Shown here: one piece after another, positions 14,856-28,203 of the stretch
How the letters are laid out: each line of letters starts with the position of its first letter
Numbering within the stretch: the first letter of the stretch is position 1
NCBI GenBank assembly: GCA_043228905.1
Contig: JBHGNT010000018.1
Span: forward strand, 372,001 to 436,000
Reading direction: 5' to 3'
Source: Azolla caroliniana
Lineage: Eukaryota; Plantae; Polypodiophyta
Length of the DNA: 64,000 nt
Notes under the pieces: generated by a model
What the model was told of the DNA's origin: nothing
The model's database searches: none
The model's input: the letters and a program-made list of their open reading frames with translations, nothing else
Position numbers and translations under genes: made by a program

Positions 14856-14915
14856 ATGGCTATGGCTATGGCCGACAGCGATTGTAACAGCCCCTCTTCA
14901 TCTGTACGGGATTGA
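14856..14915 (+). promoter_or_regulatory. Candidate upstream ORF (MAMAMADSDCNSPSSSVRD*) in the CT-rich leader of the ARM gene
   Basis: Three in-frame ATGs, all with G at +4. The stop lies 113 nt upstream of the main ATG at 15029, downstream of (CT)n/(CA)n tracts typical of plant 5' UTRs. Confidence 0.45.
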
Positions 14916-15028
14916 ACCTCTAATTCCTTCCCTCCATCGATTAACTTAACTTATTACTACTAACTATTAAATGAATCTCTGCACACACTTTAATTCTCTG
15001 AATAGTAACTAAAACTTCATCCTCCGCC

Positions 15029-17796
15029 ATGTCTCCCCCTCCTCCACTCCCTAATTCTACTACTATCTCTGATCATCATCACCAGCACTCCGTTACTGAT
15101 TGTGATCAGGCTATGCCCGTTGATATCCTTTGCTCCTCCACCCAGACACCTTATACTTCCTTTCTTAGAAAGCTTCTCCGCAGGCGTCGCAAATCGACCT
15201 TCAGACCTTCTTCTTCTTCTTCTTCTTCTTTCTCCTCCTCCTCCTCATCAATTTCTCCATCCCCATCACTATGTACAGCGTCTTCTGCTCCTTCAGCTTC
15301 TCATACAGCGCCGAGCTCATCTTCGACGCCGAGAAGCTTCTCTTTCGGTTCCGCCAAAGATCTTCAGGTAATTCTCTCTTCCTTCTCAACAACCTTTCGT
15401 CGCCAAGCGTCCTGTGGAAAATCTCGCCTCAACCCAAAGAAAAGTACTTGTCTGGAATCAGAAACTCAATTCGCAGGAGAAATGTGTTCAAAACAAGGAG
15501 AGATCTGTAAAACTCCCTCGCAGGAAAAGACACGGCTCAGCGACGCTACAGTTGAATCTCTAGTCCTGCAGAATAATCCCTCAGAGGAGAAATTAGGCAG
15601 AAAAAGGATGAAGCAAAGGTGTCACAGCGAAGCTATGGTACATGTTTACTGTGCAGATGCGGAATTAGAGGACCGTATCGATCGGACTAGCGAGACTGTG
15701 TCGAGAAGTCAAGGAGGACAAGTGGAAGAAGCAGAGTTAGAACCGGACGTTTTCAGGACCTCCACTTCTGCAAATATGTCAAGGTCTTTCAAGAAGAAGA
15801 AGAATCAAGTTAATAATCTGTCACTGTGTGAGATTCAGAGAGTTGTGGCAAAGCTCAAAGGGTCTACCGATGGCCAGGAGAGATGGCAAGCAGCAGAAGA
15901 AGTGAGAAAGATGACGAAGGATGATCCTATAGCAAGGATTACCATGGCCATGCTTGGCGTCATAGCTCCTCTCATCTCCATGCTCGATGCAGAAACCGAT
16001 CCGAAGCAACAATGTACTGCCCTTCTTGCTCTGCTAAACCTCGCAATCGGAAACGAAACGTGAGTAATTTCTCTAATCAATGTCTAGTCTCTTATTTCAA
16101 AACGTGTTAGTGTTGTTAATCAGTTTCTAACTATGGCGGGCTATCGCTAATGACGTCTTAGTCATGATTATAACTGTATATACGCCAGCATTGAGTTTGT
16201 ATGTGCATCCCTTTATCATATCTAGACGCACGAAAAATGAAAAGCTTTTGAAATTCTAAACAGATTTGAAGGATTGTTCACTAATTGTCTCAGGAAGGTA
16301 TATGAAGCTTATTATATCTGCAAAGGTGAAGGATTATCAGTAATCACTGCTTGATCATGATATGACGGAGAAGATAATCATGGATTTTAACATGCAATTG
16401 GGTATTATAAATGGCTTATCCACTGAATCTCAATTGCTGCTGACTATGGTTTGAAACAGTAGCCTCAATCACATCTATGAGATTTGAATGTAGCTCTTAA
16501 GTTTGCGTGCTAATTCGTGATGTTTAATTAATTACTTCCGGAGAACTATCAATCGCCTGCTAATCACACCTCGCCAGTTAACGTTTAAACCTAATTGTTG
16601 TCTATGATTGTAAGTATGGTCGAGTAATTTGCCGTGCTTGTAGGTTTAACCCTGCCATCTCATGGCTTCAAGGGATTCAAGTCTTATTTAGCGAAGTACT
16701 GCATAATTGAAGCCATACATATATATCCTCATATGACATTGACTGGTTGGGAAACCTAAGTAATCCCTGAAGTAGAACATCTGCAGAAGCTTCCAATATT
16801 CTGCTGTCTGACTAGAACCATACTAACGATGATTACATGAACTCTGGCAGGAATAAGGCATCGATAGTGAAGGCGAAAGCAGTACCAAAGATGGTAGCCC
16901 TATTAGGGAGCCCCGATGGAGAGGTACAAGCAGCAGTGGTAACAGCATTCCTGAGCTTATCAGCACTGGAAGGAAACAAAGCTGTGATCGGGTCTTCGTC
17001 AGGCGCCATAGCCTCGCTGGTGTCTATTCTCTCGCAAGAAGGGGACGAGCACCGGCGCAAGGATGCACTGAGAGCACTGTACAACCTGTCGATCCATCCC
17101 GCGAACGTGAAGACTATAGTAGAATCAGGGGGTGCACCTCTCCTCCTGGCCATGGTGGAAGACATGGAAATGTCGGAGAAAGCGTTGGCAACTCTGGGGA
17201 ACTTTGCGACCACGGAGGTGGGGAGGGGCGCGATCGCGAGGCATAAGGAGATCGGGTACGCAGTGCTCGTGGACGCGTTGAGGTGGGCGGACGCGCCCAA
17301 ATCGCAAGAGCGCGCGGCCTACATACTCATGATGATCGCGCACCACAGCCACGCGCAGAGGGAGGCGATGGCGAACGCGGGGGCCATCACCGCGCTGCTG
17401 GAGCTAGTGTTGCTGGGCACGCCTCTCGCGCAGAAGAGGGCTTCCAGGACCCTCGACAGCTTCAGGCGGGCGAAAGCCTTCTCCGCGCCTCAGCAGTACA
17501 ACAACAATAGTAATAATGTAGTAGTAGTAGTAGGCCAAAGGAATGGGGGCGGGGCCGGAGGAGGCGGGGCTAGCGAAGAGAGTTTCTTGTATTGTAGTAG
17601 TAGTAGGGGCACGAGCACGGGGAGGACAATGTCGGAGCGGACGGTCGTGGATTCGTTGGTGAGGCAGAGCCTCAACCAGACAATGCAGAGGATCGTGCGG
17701 CGCGCGAACATGGGCGGGGATGTGGTGGCGGCCGGCACCGGACCTAGGAGGGCTCTGGACCGGCGTATTAGAAGCTCCAGTAGCTTGCCCTACTGA
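15029..17796 (+). CDS. Armadillo (ARM)-repeat protein, PUB-related ARM region without a recognisable U-box; 2 exons (15029-16059, 16851-17796), 658 aa
   Basis: ARM motifs GVIAPLISML, ALLNLAIGNETNKASIV, ALYNLS and GAITALLELVLLGTPLAQKRAS. The GT-AG intron (GTGAGT...TACTAAC...GGCAG) joins the exons in frame. The C-terminus has VRQSL..MQRIVRRAN and SSLPY, and the N-terminus is Ser-rich. Confidence 0.9.
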
Positions 17797-18035
17797 CTGT
17801 CTGTCTCATCACTCCTCTCTGCCTTATCCACAAAGACAAAACATACATCCACATAAAAGAGCATGGAACTTCCCTCCCTTCTTTGTTTGTACTGACAACT
17901 TACAAGCCCCCCATTATTTGTGACCTGACTTACCTCCAGTTTCTGTACATATAAATATATACATATATACATATAAGAAAGAGCATCCATCCTTTGCTTT
18001 CTCACCACGTGTATGTGTGTGTATGTGTTTTGTTT

Positions 18036-18043
18036 CTCATCAT

Positions 18044-18077
<34 letters not shown>
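18036..18077. repeat. (CAT)n microsatellite in the ARM gene 3' region
   Basis: Direct trinucleotide run. Confidence 0.9.
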
Positions 18078-19299
18078 TCTCCCCTCTCCACTTTGTTCGT
18101 GTTTTTGGTGACTCCCACGCCTTTCCTTTCCGTTCATTTCATGTCATGTCAGCCTTTCCCCCCCCCCCCTTTACTAGGAGGGTACACAATTTGTTTGTTT
18201 CGTTTATCCTTTCCTTTTTGTGGTGGCAAGGTATGTATGCCATGGTAGTATGGGTTATGCTTGTATGTGTTTATGGATGTGGTGTATACATAAATAAACA
18301 CATGCTTATAACCTGGATCCGAAAGTACCCATACCAAACCTCCGTCCTTGCCATTGGTGTCGGTCGACCAATCGAAGCCATATTTCCCATCAACCTGGTC
18401 CGGACAATGTAGGCATAAGGGAACTGCCCTTGTAAATGTGTACAAACAAACAATGATGAACACATGGCACGCTCGTGTTAATGAAGAGGAGGTTGGATTC
18501 TATGATCTCCTAGAAAAGGACAAACCCAGTTAATTACATCTTTGTTAGTTCTTTTTTGTGTTTGGACACATTAGACAATCTCTTTCTTATACGTTGGGAA
18601 ATTCCATAGCTTGAACAATTAGGCCCGGAGGATATAAAACTCAGGAAGTAAAGCTGATTGTTTCAATCGATTCTCGGCAACTTTGTAAGAAGGCAAGCAT
18701 AAAGCATGCTATGTTTCAACTATAATTTAACCAATATGACTTTATTTTTTATGTCAAACTCGAGGGCATCCTTTTCATAGAAATATGTTGGCAACATCAT
18801 GGAAATTGAGATTTAAAAATTCTAGTGCTTATCTTGGTAGAGGATTGAATATAAGTGTGAGCATGTACAATTTGAACAATATATGTCCCATCCCAAACAA
18901 GATAATTTTTTTCAATGTCTCCTTCAACACATCATTGGTTAGATTCACTTGAGAGCCTCTTGAATAAGTGAACTTCCCATATTGCAACTTGGCTGACAAT
19001 TCTAGTTGCACCGGAATATAGATTGAGATCCTTTAATAGTAATAGTCTTTCTTCTAATAGGTTCTATCTTCAATGAAGCTTTTGGGCATCACTTTCAATG
19101 TTGTCCCTCTTTTTAGTTAGTGGTCATGAGACTACCTATTTGCTCCTAATGAGTCTTCATCTTTCTAGTTTGATACATACATGAACACAGATAACACCAA
19201 CTAGTTGCTCCGTAAAACTTTATCAAGTCACTTTCCATGTGCCAATTGGTAGAATGTAAAAGCATAAAAGGCGAGTGACTAACAAGAGATAATAAATTC

Positions 19300-22080
19300 A
19301 CTTCCTCTAAATATGCGCTTTTATGGTATCTTTGTCCACCCAAGAGTTTAAAAAGATAGTGTAGAAGCCAATTGTGATACTATAAAATGTGTTAAAGCAT
19401 TACCTTTGTGCAAAGAAAGGTAACAAATTGCGATAATGCATTCTACATATTGTTATGAATTTCGTTGAATTTTTTGTTTGTACGATATTCAAGTTTGCAA
19501 TTTATACATTACAACGAGTGCAAATAAAGCATTGCCATTGAAAAGGTAATGCTAGCAAAAACCATCACAAATAATAAAATTTCTAATAATACAACCTAAC
19601 CAATTGAGTTAAAATATACTTTAACAAAATTAATTTTCACGAATTCTTAACAATACAAGGAGTGAAAACAAAGCATTTCACTTTCAAACATAATGCTTAG
19701 AAAGGAATTTCCTTATTGGGCTGAAACTATTTGCAAAAGAAAAGCTTTAAAGCATCATTACCCGACAACATTTTCTCCACTCGGAAAGGGGAGAAACATA
19801 TCAATGCACTTCCCATTAGTAACGAGAGAAACCATGCCACGTACAAACGTAAGGGACAATGCTACTAGTCAGATTAAGACATGACATATAACTTATAAGA
19901 TCAATTATAAAGAACAACACAACAATATGTGAGAATAAGCAACAAAACAATTGTAATGCAACAAATAAGAAAATCTTTCACCCAAAAATTACACATAAAG
20001 ACATGAATCAATATAATTGGAGAACCAAACACTGACAATATTATATGTAGACAATCTACATCGTCTTTTGTGTGCATCTAGTGAATACTACTAAACATTG
20101 TTTGTGGAGTTGTGAATTTGCCATAGAAATCTAGAAGAGAATTTTAAGAACCTTAATAGCATTGTGGGTAGTTGTACAAGGACAACCAATGCTATATGGA
20201 AAGAGGATGTTGCAAATGTTATTTTCGTGGCACGGTTGAATGCAAAAGATAAAGATACCCATCAATATTGAAACTGAAATATGGCAATTGGTAATTAGCA
20301 TTATGATTTGGTATATATTGGAACGCAATGTGCTTGAAGATATGACAAAAAATACCTGCTCAGACAATCACCGTTTTGGACAGAGATTATATATAATCTC
20401 AAAGGTTCTTTGAATAACATAAAAGGTGATACTCAACTAACAGAAATTGCAACAGCTATAGTTTCATACCATGTGAGACAAAGATATATTTTATCAAAGG
20501 TTTTTTGATAAGGTGGAATGGTATTACTATACACCGAAATATTTATTTAAATCGATAGCTAGATCTTAAAAGAAGGGGGATGTAGGTACATATCGTGTAT
20601 ATAAAGTAATTTGTTGTACAACCTCATGGTAATTTCTTAATACTAATTTAATATCTTTTTATACAAAAAAAAACAAGACTCGACACATAGATATATATGC
20701 ATGACATTGCTTCCGGTGATATCCATGAGGCAATAACATTAGAAAAACATCTTATTGGAAAATGTCCTTCTATCATAGATGTACATAAGATCCAATCCAT
20801 TAAAATGGAAAAAAATTGTTTGTACCCGTGTTATTACTATAGGATCTTTCCATTAGTCAAATTCAATTTCGAAGGTTTATGCTCAATAGTGGTTTAAGAT
20901 ATGGAAAAATTAGATTATCATGACTAACTTGATGTCAAATTTAATCATTCATGCATATGAATAAAATGTCTCTTCCTAGTGAGTGGGCAGGAACTCAAAC
21001 CTACATATAGAAAAGAATATATGTATAGAAGTAGGGTAGGCATGTGTGAGTAAGATCGAAAGAGAGAATAACATATCAAACAATATGGGTTTCAAACACA
21101 AATGTAATGAACAAAGGAAAATATGGTGAACCACTAGGGTAGGCATATGTACCCCCCCCCCATACTAGGTACACTTTCCACCATTTTGGACACAAAACTA
21201 TATGCAAGATTGGACCATGGTTATTTGCTCCAAATGTCTACCAATAAATCACATCACAAACAACAAAGAGACACCATTTGCTAGTTATTTGTGGATAGAA
21301 CACTCTTGGTGAAAAAAGTGTTTCGTATGTCGATTTGCCATCAATGGAGATATTAATATGAAGGAGTTGCTTATTTGCTTAATAGGTTGTAAAGGGTGTG
21401 GATTTAAGCATTTTCAATAAGGGTCATGCAAACCCCCCTTGGTCATTGTTAGTCGTTTGGTGGAGATTCATATATTCAGACTAAGGCCAAAATTGTAAAT
21501 ATGCAAATAGCTCTAAATGAAAATTGGAGTGTCGACGTCATTAAGTTAAAGCTCTCTTTAGCGGTTGACTATAACAAATGGGTATTCTAGGTGGGCTAGA
21601 AAGCCCTCTTGTGGATTGAGCAATATTCTTTAGTGTGAGTGATTCTATGATATTGAAAGAGTGATTAATAATGGTCCTTATGATGCTTGGTACTTGTATG
21701 TTCAATGACAAAAGTCTATAAACACATTAGCCGCATTACATCTTTTGCAACCCACTTGATGATCATTTCCCAATACTTCATTTGGAGAAGAGCTTTATGA
21801 ATATTTGCTTTCATTAGCAGAGCCATCATACAATACATCCTAATTTTCAATCATGAAAGCTTTTGGGGATTAGGGTCTTCAATCAAACTATCGTAGATGA
21901 GTTCTTCTTCAAGTGGTTTCTAAGGAAATCATTACATGAATGACTCCAATTTCATGATATTTTTTGGACAGCTAGCAAATTCTCTTTCAATGCTTTTGAA
22001 TCTTGATTGCCACATTGTACGACGATTTTTGTGTTTGGGTGCTATTTTACCTCACGAGATTTCCCACTGGTATTATATAT
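19300..22080 (-). mobile_element. Possible highly degraded PIF/Harbinger element (transposase fragment plus Myb/SANT-like fragment)
   Basis: 20131-20367 translates MSEQVFF...ISVSILMGIFIF...IG...TTHNAI, reminiscent of the Harbinger transposase N-terminus. Around 21950-22070 a broken WE...VQCG resembles Myb/SANT. Many stops; boundaries are approximate. Confidence 0.3.
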
Positions 22081-23043
22081 TATAAAGTGTTACTACAAAA
22101 AAGAAAGAGATAGAAAGGTAGATATTATGTTCTAAAAGCAATTAGGAGTGTTTGAGATTTCATGAAAAGTTGGAATAGTATTACGAACAAACTACTCATG
22201 AGCTATGATAAGAGATTGAGAAAAAGAATGGATTAAATATGAAGGACATGAGACAAAGATAAAATACCATCTGTGTTCTATACCAACAAATATTATCTTA
22301 TGGTATATAGTGATAATTGAACAATGGATCTTAAAAATAATATGTAGCCTCACCCAATAGAGTCTCAACAATGTCGCAAGACACTACAATGAAGGGGTTA
22401 ACTAGTCCCCATTTTATAGCCCAACATCTAAGGCTCCCATAGTGCAATAATGCCACAGGTCTTTATGGGTTGTTTGTTATCCAAGTTCCAAGGATAAATG
22501 GTTTCCCAACTATTTTACCTTTTGACCCATTAAAATTAACGAATGACTTGGTCTTTACGGTTATGTCTATAATAGATCGACTAAATCGAAGGTCCGATAT
22601 ACATATGCGAGGTTACATCCATGTTTTTTATTAGTAAAAATTTCATTGTTTTTTACTATTAATGTACAATGAAGTGATGTTCACAAACCTTGCTATTACT
22701 ATGCTAAGTGTGATAAACCTAAAACATGGGGGTCATAAAATGAACCCAAAACACGATGGGGGAGAAGAGATATCAAGGTAAAACTAAGATTAATTATCAT
22801 TAACACTTAATCGTAATTATAAGAAGGTTTTATTACAAGCTCCTTGGAGCTAACTAAGATTAAGGAGAGAGCGAGTAAACTAGGAAATCGAGGAATGAAT
22901 AAAATAAGAGAGGAGAAGGTCATGTATATATAAGCTAAGGTGTGGTTGTTGGGTTACCCCAACAGTGGTTTTCGAGATTCTCATGCCATTATGTGAAGAG
23001 TCATTATGCCAAGAACCATTATACCAAGATAGGTGTTTTTATA

Positions 23044-23345
23044 GCGGGGTGTGGGACTAGGCATTTCCGAAGTCCCAACTCCGATCGGGAATGGTAGTCC
23101 CAACCGAAAAGTGGCGCCCCTTCTTAGGAACTGGGATTGGGAATGGGACTGAGATTGAGACTAGGACTTGTTCCCTCCTTGGGTCCCAACTTGGTTTGGA
23201 ACCGATGGCTACATGGGACTGTCCCAACCCAAACCCTTCTTGGTATATGCCCATGCCAACTCCGTTTTGGGGGTCCTTGGTTTCCTCGTGACTCAGTTTG
23301 GGGCGGATTGTGGGTTGGCCCATTTTAGGGACATAACACGAAGCA
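23044..23345. mobile_element. Possible MITE remnant with GGGAC/GTCCC repeats
   Basis: GC-rich island dense in GGGAC/GTCCC motifs inside the copy-A-specific segment. No clear TIR or TSD. Confidence 0.35.
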
Positions 23346-23370
23346 TGTCCAGAACATGAAGCCATATAGG

Positions 23371-23402
<32 letters not shown>

Positions 23403-23651
23403 GCCCTCCGTGTGTGTGTGTTTTGGTCATGTGGTTTAGATAATTACAGAAGTACCCCTCCCATAACCCAACCCACGAAGACTGTATACAAAGCCCTGCG
23501 CCTATTTCTGGACACTTTTATTTTATCAGTAATACATATTCTAGGGTTTATAAATTCCCTCTCCCTCTCTCCGATCTTTCTCTCTGTCTCTCTCTGTGTT
23601 TCCTTTCTTTCTTTCTTCCATCCTTCCTTCCCTTTCTCTGTCTGTCCCTCG

Positions 23652-25485
23652 ATGGCTTCCGAGCAAACCTTCATCATGATCAAGCCTGATGGCGTGCAGA
23701 GGGGTCTTGTAAGTCATCTGAATGCCTCCTCCTGTACATGGCTTGCAACTCTTTATGATTCTTTGCCAAAATCTATGTTCCTGCTCAATATTATATGTCC
23801 CCCCTCCGTATACGCGTCACTCTACTAAAAGAGCCGCCGTTTTTCTGTTGGATACCTTCTTTTCTTTTATGATACTTGCGTCTTCCCTTGAATTCTGCCC
23901 TTTTAGATTCAATCCTTTTAAACTTCTCATGACTTTTGTATCTGCAGATCGGAGAAATTATTCAGAGGTTTGAGAAGAAAGGATTTACACTCAAAGGTTA
24001 GTTTCTTTGCTTATGATTTACACATAACCTTGACTGATGGTAATACTTCAAGCTACATTTGATGTTTAGCCCAATATTATGGTTTCCTATTGTAATGTTA
24101 ATTCCTCTGTTAAATGCCCAATGCTCCATATATGTACTTCATGTGATCCGTTCTCCTCTACTGGTTACGTTCATATGGTTTAGAATTTTGACATTAATCT
24201 GCACGTTTGGTTTCGCCTTTAGACTTATTTAGGTCCCGTAGCAAAGACCGTACCGCGTGCTGTATGGCCTATAATTCTTGCTATCTAGATGCCTCTAGTT
24301 CTCTTATCCAAAAACTTTCGTCTTAAAGAATCAAATTTGTATTCCAAGATTTAATTACGTTTAAAATGCTTAAGCTATTTTGATGTTTGGGTTATCTATC
24401 TGTAGATGTGTCTAACAAAGAACGCCGTCTTCTTGTGAATATGAATTTTGCAGCCCTGAAACTGGTTCAAATTGAGAGGTCTTTTGCTGAGAAGCATTAT
24501 GAAGATCTTTCCGGGAAATCTTTCTTCGCTGGTCTTGTGGAATATGTAACCTCAGGACCAGTCGTTGCTATGGTGTGGGCTGGAAAAGGTGTTGTGCTCA
24601 CTGGAAGAAAGATTATTGGGGCCACAAACCCTGCGCAGTCTGAGCCTGGCACTATCCGAGGAGACTTTGCCATTGATGTTGGAAGGTAAATACCTAACTA
24701 AAGTTTAGTTCTAATTCATGACTGCTAATATATTTTATGAAGCTGATTGTTACTTGATATACTTGTGTGTGATTTGATTGTAGGTGTAAGCATTTTGAAT
24801 AGGAACATATGCTTTAATGTGTGTTCATGATAGTTAAATAATCTATATTCTAATAGATAATTTGGATATGCATGTTAATAAGGAACCTTAGATGGTTTGA
24901 TGTTTATTTTCAATGACAGGAAAGTTAAATGTGATTTTTTATATTATTCCAATATGATGTTGAGGCAGTCTACAAGTTGTGCTACATATACTGTATTTAT
25001 CCTAACTACATTTTGTATCAGTTGGAGAGAGAGAGAGAGATGGTCATATTAGGAGACATGATGGTACAATAGATACCTCAACTGAAGCTCCCATAAACAA
25101 ACAAATAATATGGAAATAATTCAAGATTGTCTTTTGGAAACATTAGAATTGATTCTGTTGTATTCTAATTAAAAGTTTGGTCTGGAATTGTAAGATAAGT
25201 GCTGGAATGATATAAGCATGTAATAGTCTTGAAAAATATTTGGCGAAGAATGCAAGCATGCCTGGGTGTTTTGCTTCTGTTTTTCCTCTTTTGATGTTTA
25301 TGTGTGAATGGGGAATCTGGCAAATTTGCATAGTGTTTTGCTTATGTCCTTCCTGTTTCATGGTTTGCAGAAATGTCATCCATGGCAGTGATGCTGTTGA
25401 GAGCGCGAACAAGGAGATTGCCTTGTGGTTCCCTGATGGTGTCACTGAGTGGCAAAGCAGCCTAACATCTTGGATTTATGAGTAA
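23652..25485 (+). CDS. NDPK1: Nucleoside diphosphate kinase 1 (cytosolic); exons 23652-23708, 23948-23996, 24454-24685, 25371-25485; 150 aa
   Basis: Protein motifs [43 protein letters not shown], the catalytic NVIHGSD and terminal WIYE. All introns are GT-AG and in frame. No transit peptide. Confidence 0.96.
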
Positions 25486-28203
25486 ATAGTTTTGTATTTC
25501 CTGGACTAGAATGAACAAATTCAACACACCTTTCTATTTTGTATTTGAACTGAAATTATGTGGCTAATGTGCACATTTTTGAGAAGAATGATGTTCCTAT
25601 TTTCTTGGAATGATGAATTTTGTTTTGCTTATAACGTGTATTTTTACAAGTTATATGATGATGGGGTCAGGGCTCCTTATCTGTGAAAACTCAGTGTTTT
25701 ATTGTCTTTCTCTAAATAGAAATAGGAAGCTCTGCAATGTCTGTGGTTTTCTTTTCCCTTCAGAATTAGGCTTGCCGCTTTTGTCATCTCTACTGATGGC
25801 CTCTGATCAAACGTTGCATAACAGAGAAGTGGTGAACAATCTATTATGCATCAGGGTGATAGTATCTCTGAAGTGATGAACAATCTAATCTATTATGCAT
25901 CTGGGAGATAGTATCATGGCCACAGTGACTAAGTGTGAGTGTTGCTTACGTGTCCTGGTCACTAATGATTCTTCTCCACTTATGTGATCAAATCTGACAA
26001 AACTCACTTACCAAAGCACATTGCAGATATGCCAGCCATCATTTCTGATTTGATGGAGGATAGGATTTGTTGAACCTATTAAACTGCAGTTTTCTAATTG
26101 TGAATTTGATATCGTGCACAGAATGGAGGGGAAAATGAAGGTACCAAAACAAAAATCTGGTTATGGCTCCAAAAAGAAGATGGTCTAGACAAACCATGAT
26201 CATGATCCTTGTGAAAAAGCATATTAGCCCTTGGGATTAAGGATTAAAGCTGCTTTTCCACCAATCAACAGGAGCAGTGTAGATGTATTTTCAAGTTCAA
26301 TATGTTGGATTGAAATTTAATACACCATCCTATGCACCACTAGCTTATAACATATCAAGTCTGAAGATGTCCAAGTTTGGTGTTATAGTGGTGTGCAATA
26401 ATGCCATATCCTCGAGGAACAGAATGGGGATGTGTTTTCGGAAGAGGTCACCCTCGCTTAGTAGAGGGTTGGCCGTGAACTTTGACTAGAGCATAACGAG
26501 TGTCAACGCATGGTTGTCCTTTGGAAGCACCGCATTGGCACCCGGTGGGTAGGAGGTTAGGAGGGTGATAGGGGGAAAGCGAAGGAAAGGGGGGAAAGAA
26601 AGGTTGGGAAAAATAAAATAAAAGAAATAAAAAAGAAAGTTGTTTTGGGACTTCTATGAGCCGAACGATGTGTGTCGGGCAGATGTTGTTAGCGTTGGTA
26701 TGTTGCAGATAGTCGGCTTTGTTTAGGTACCCAAAATTGGGTAGCACCTTCATGCCAACCTTGGGCTTTGGTGAGGTCCTTATGTAATCTCCATATGGCT
26801 TGGTCTCCTTTTAGTGGTGCTTCAACAAAGGTTGCAATGGATGTTCACCCATTGGGAGTTATTCAATTGAACCCCCCTTGTTCCTCTACCCAATCATCAT
26901 CCCATCTTTGTGGTTGAGAAGCTTTGTGATAGCTCCACTCATACCCTCAACATGGCGCCTCCCCCAAATCTAGAGGTCCCTTTTGATTTTACTAGTGGTA
27001 TGATGAGTGATGGTGATGGTCATAGTCCTTGTCTTGTTGATGGCCATGGTGATGATACACTCATAGTAAGACCCTTTTGTTTTGGTGGGGTTTGTATCCT
27101 TTGGGCTTGTGTAAACAAAACCAAACACTTATATGCACATGGATGAAAAGAGAAACTAAGGAATAAATATCAACGAAGAAACACGTACCATCCCGCATTA
27201 CATCTTTCGCAACCTACTTGAACTTCAATTCCCAATACTTCATTTGGAGAAGAGCTTTCTTTATGGATATTTACCTTCATTTGTAGAGCCATCATACAAA
27301 TACATCCTAATTTTCAATCACGAAAGCTTTTGGGGATTACGGTCTACAATCATACTATCGTAAATGAGTTCTCTTCTTTGTCAGAGTGGTTTCAATGGAA
27401 ATCATTACATGAATGACTCTAGCTTCATGATATTTTCTCAACAACTAGCAATTTCTCTATCACTGCTTTTGAATCTTGATCACCACATTGTACAACAATA
27501 TTTGTTTTGGGTGCTACTTTACCTCACGACGTTTCCCACTAGTAATATAAAGTGTCAGTACAAAAACAGAAAAAAAGGAAAAAAAGACATAGAAAGGTAG
27601 ATATTATGTTCTAAAAGCAATTAGGAGTGTTTGAGATTTCATGAAAAGTTGGAATAGTATTACAAACAAGCTACTCATGAATGGACTAAATATGAAGGAC
27701 AAGAGAGACAAACATAAAATACCATCATAGCACCAAATAATTGAAGAATGGATTAAAAAATACAGTACAGAGCCTCGCCTAATAGAATCTGAACAACGTG
27801 TCAAGATGTTGCAATGAAGGGGTTAGCTTAGCTGGTCCCCATTTTATAGCCCAACATCTAAGGCTCCCATACCACCCATGTTTTGCCACACGTCCTTCCG
27901 TATGGGTTGTTTGTTATCCAAGTTCCATGGATAATTAATTACACATGTGTGTGTGTGTGTGAGTGTTTTGTTGAGATGGTTTAGATAATTACAGATGTAC
28001 CCCTCCCAGAGCCCAACCCACGAAGACTAAGTAAGGGGGGTAGGGATGGACTTGGAGGGCTACATTCAGAAAATATCCAAAACCCTGCGCTTATATATAT
28101 CACCACTTTGTTTTATTAACAATATGTACATATATTCTCTTCTCTGTCTCTCTGTGTTTTCTTTCTTCCATCCTTCCTTCCCTTTCTCTCTGTCTGTCTC
28201 TCG

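Noticed and set aside
13913-14949. Overlapping ORFs with RERERE/LSLSLS/THTH runs
   Set aside because: They are translations of promoter and 5' UTR microsatellites.
25870-26000. Possible C/D snoRNA (GTGATGA...CTGA) downstream of NDPK1
   Set aside because: No terminal stem or recognisable rRNA guide, and the box is part of a local ~45-bp duplication.
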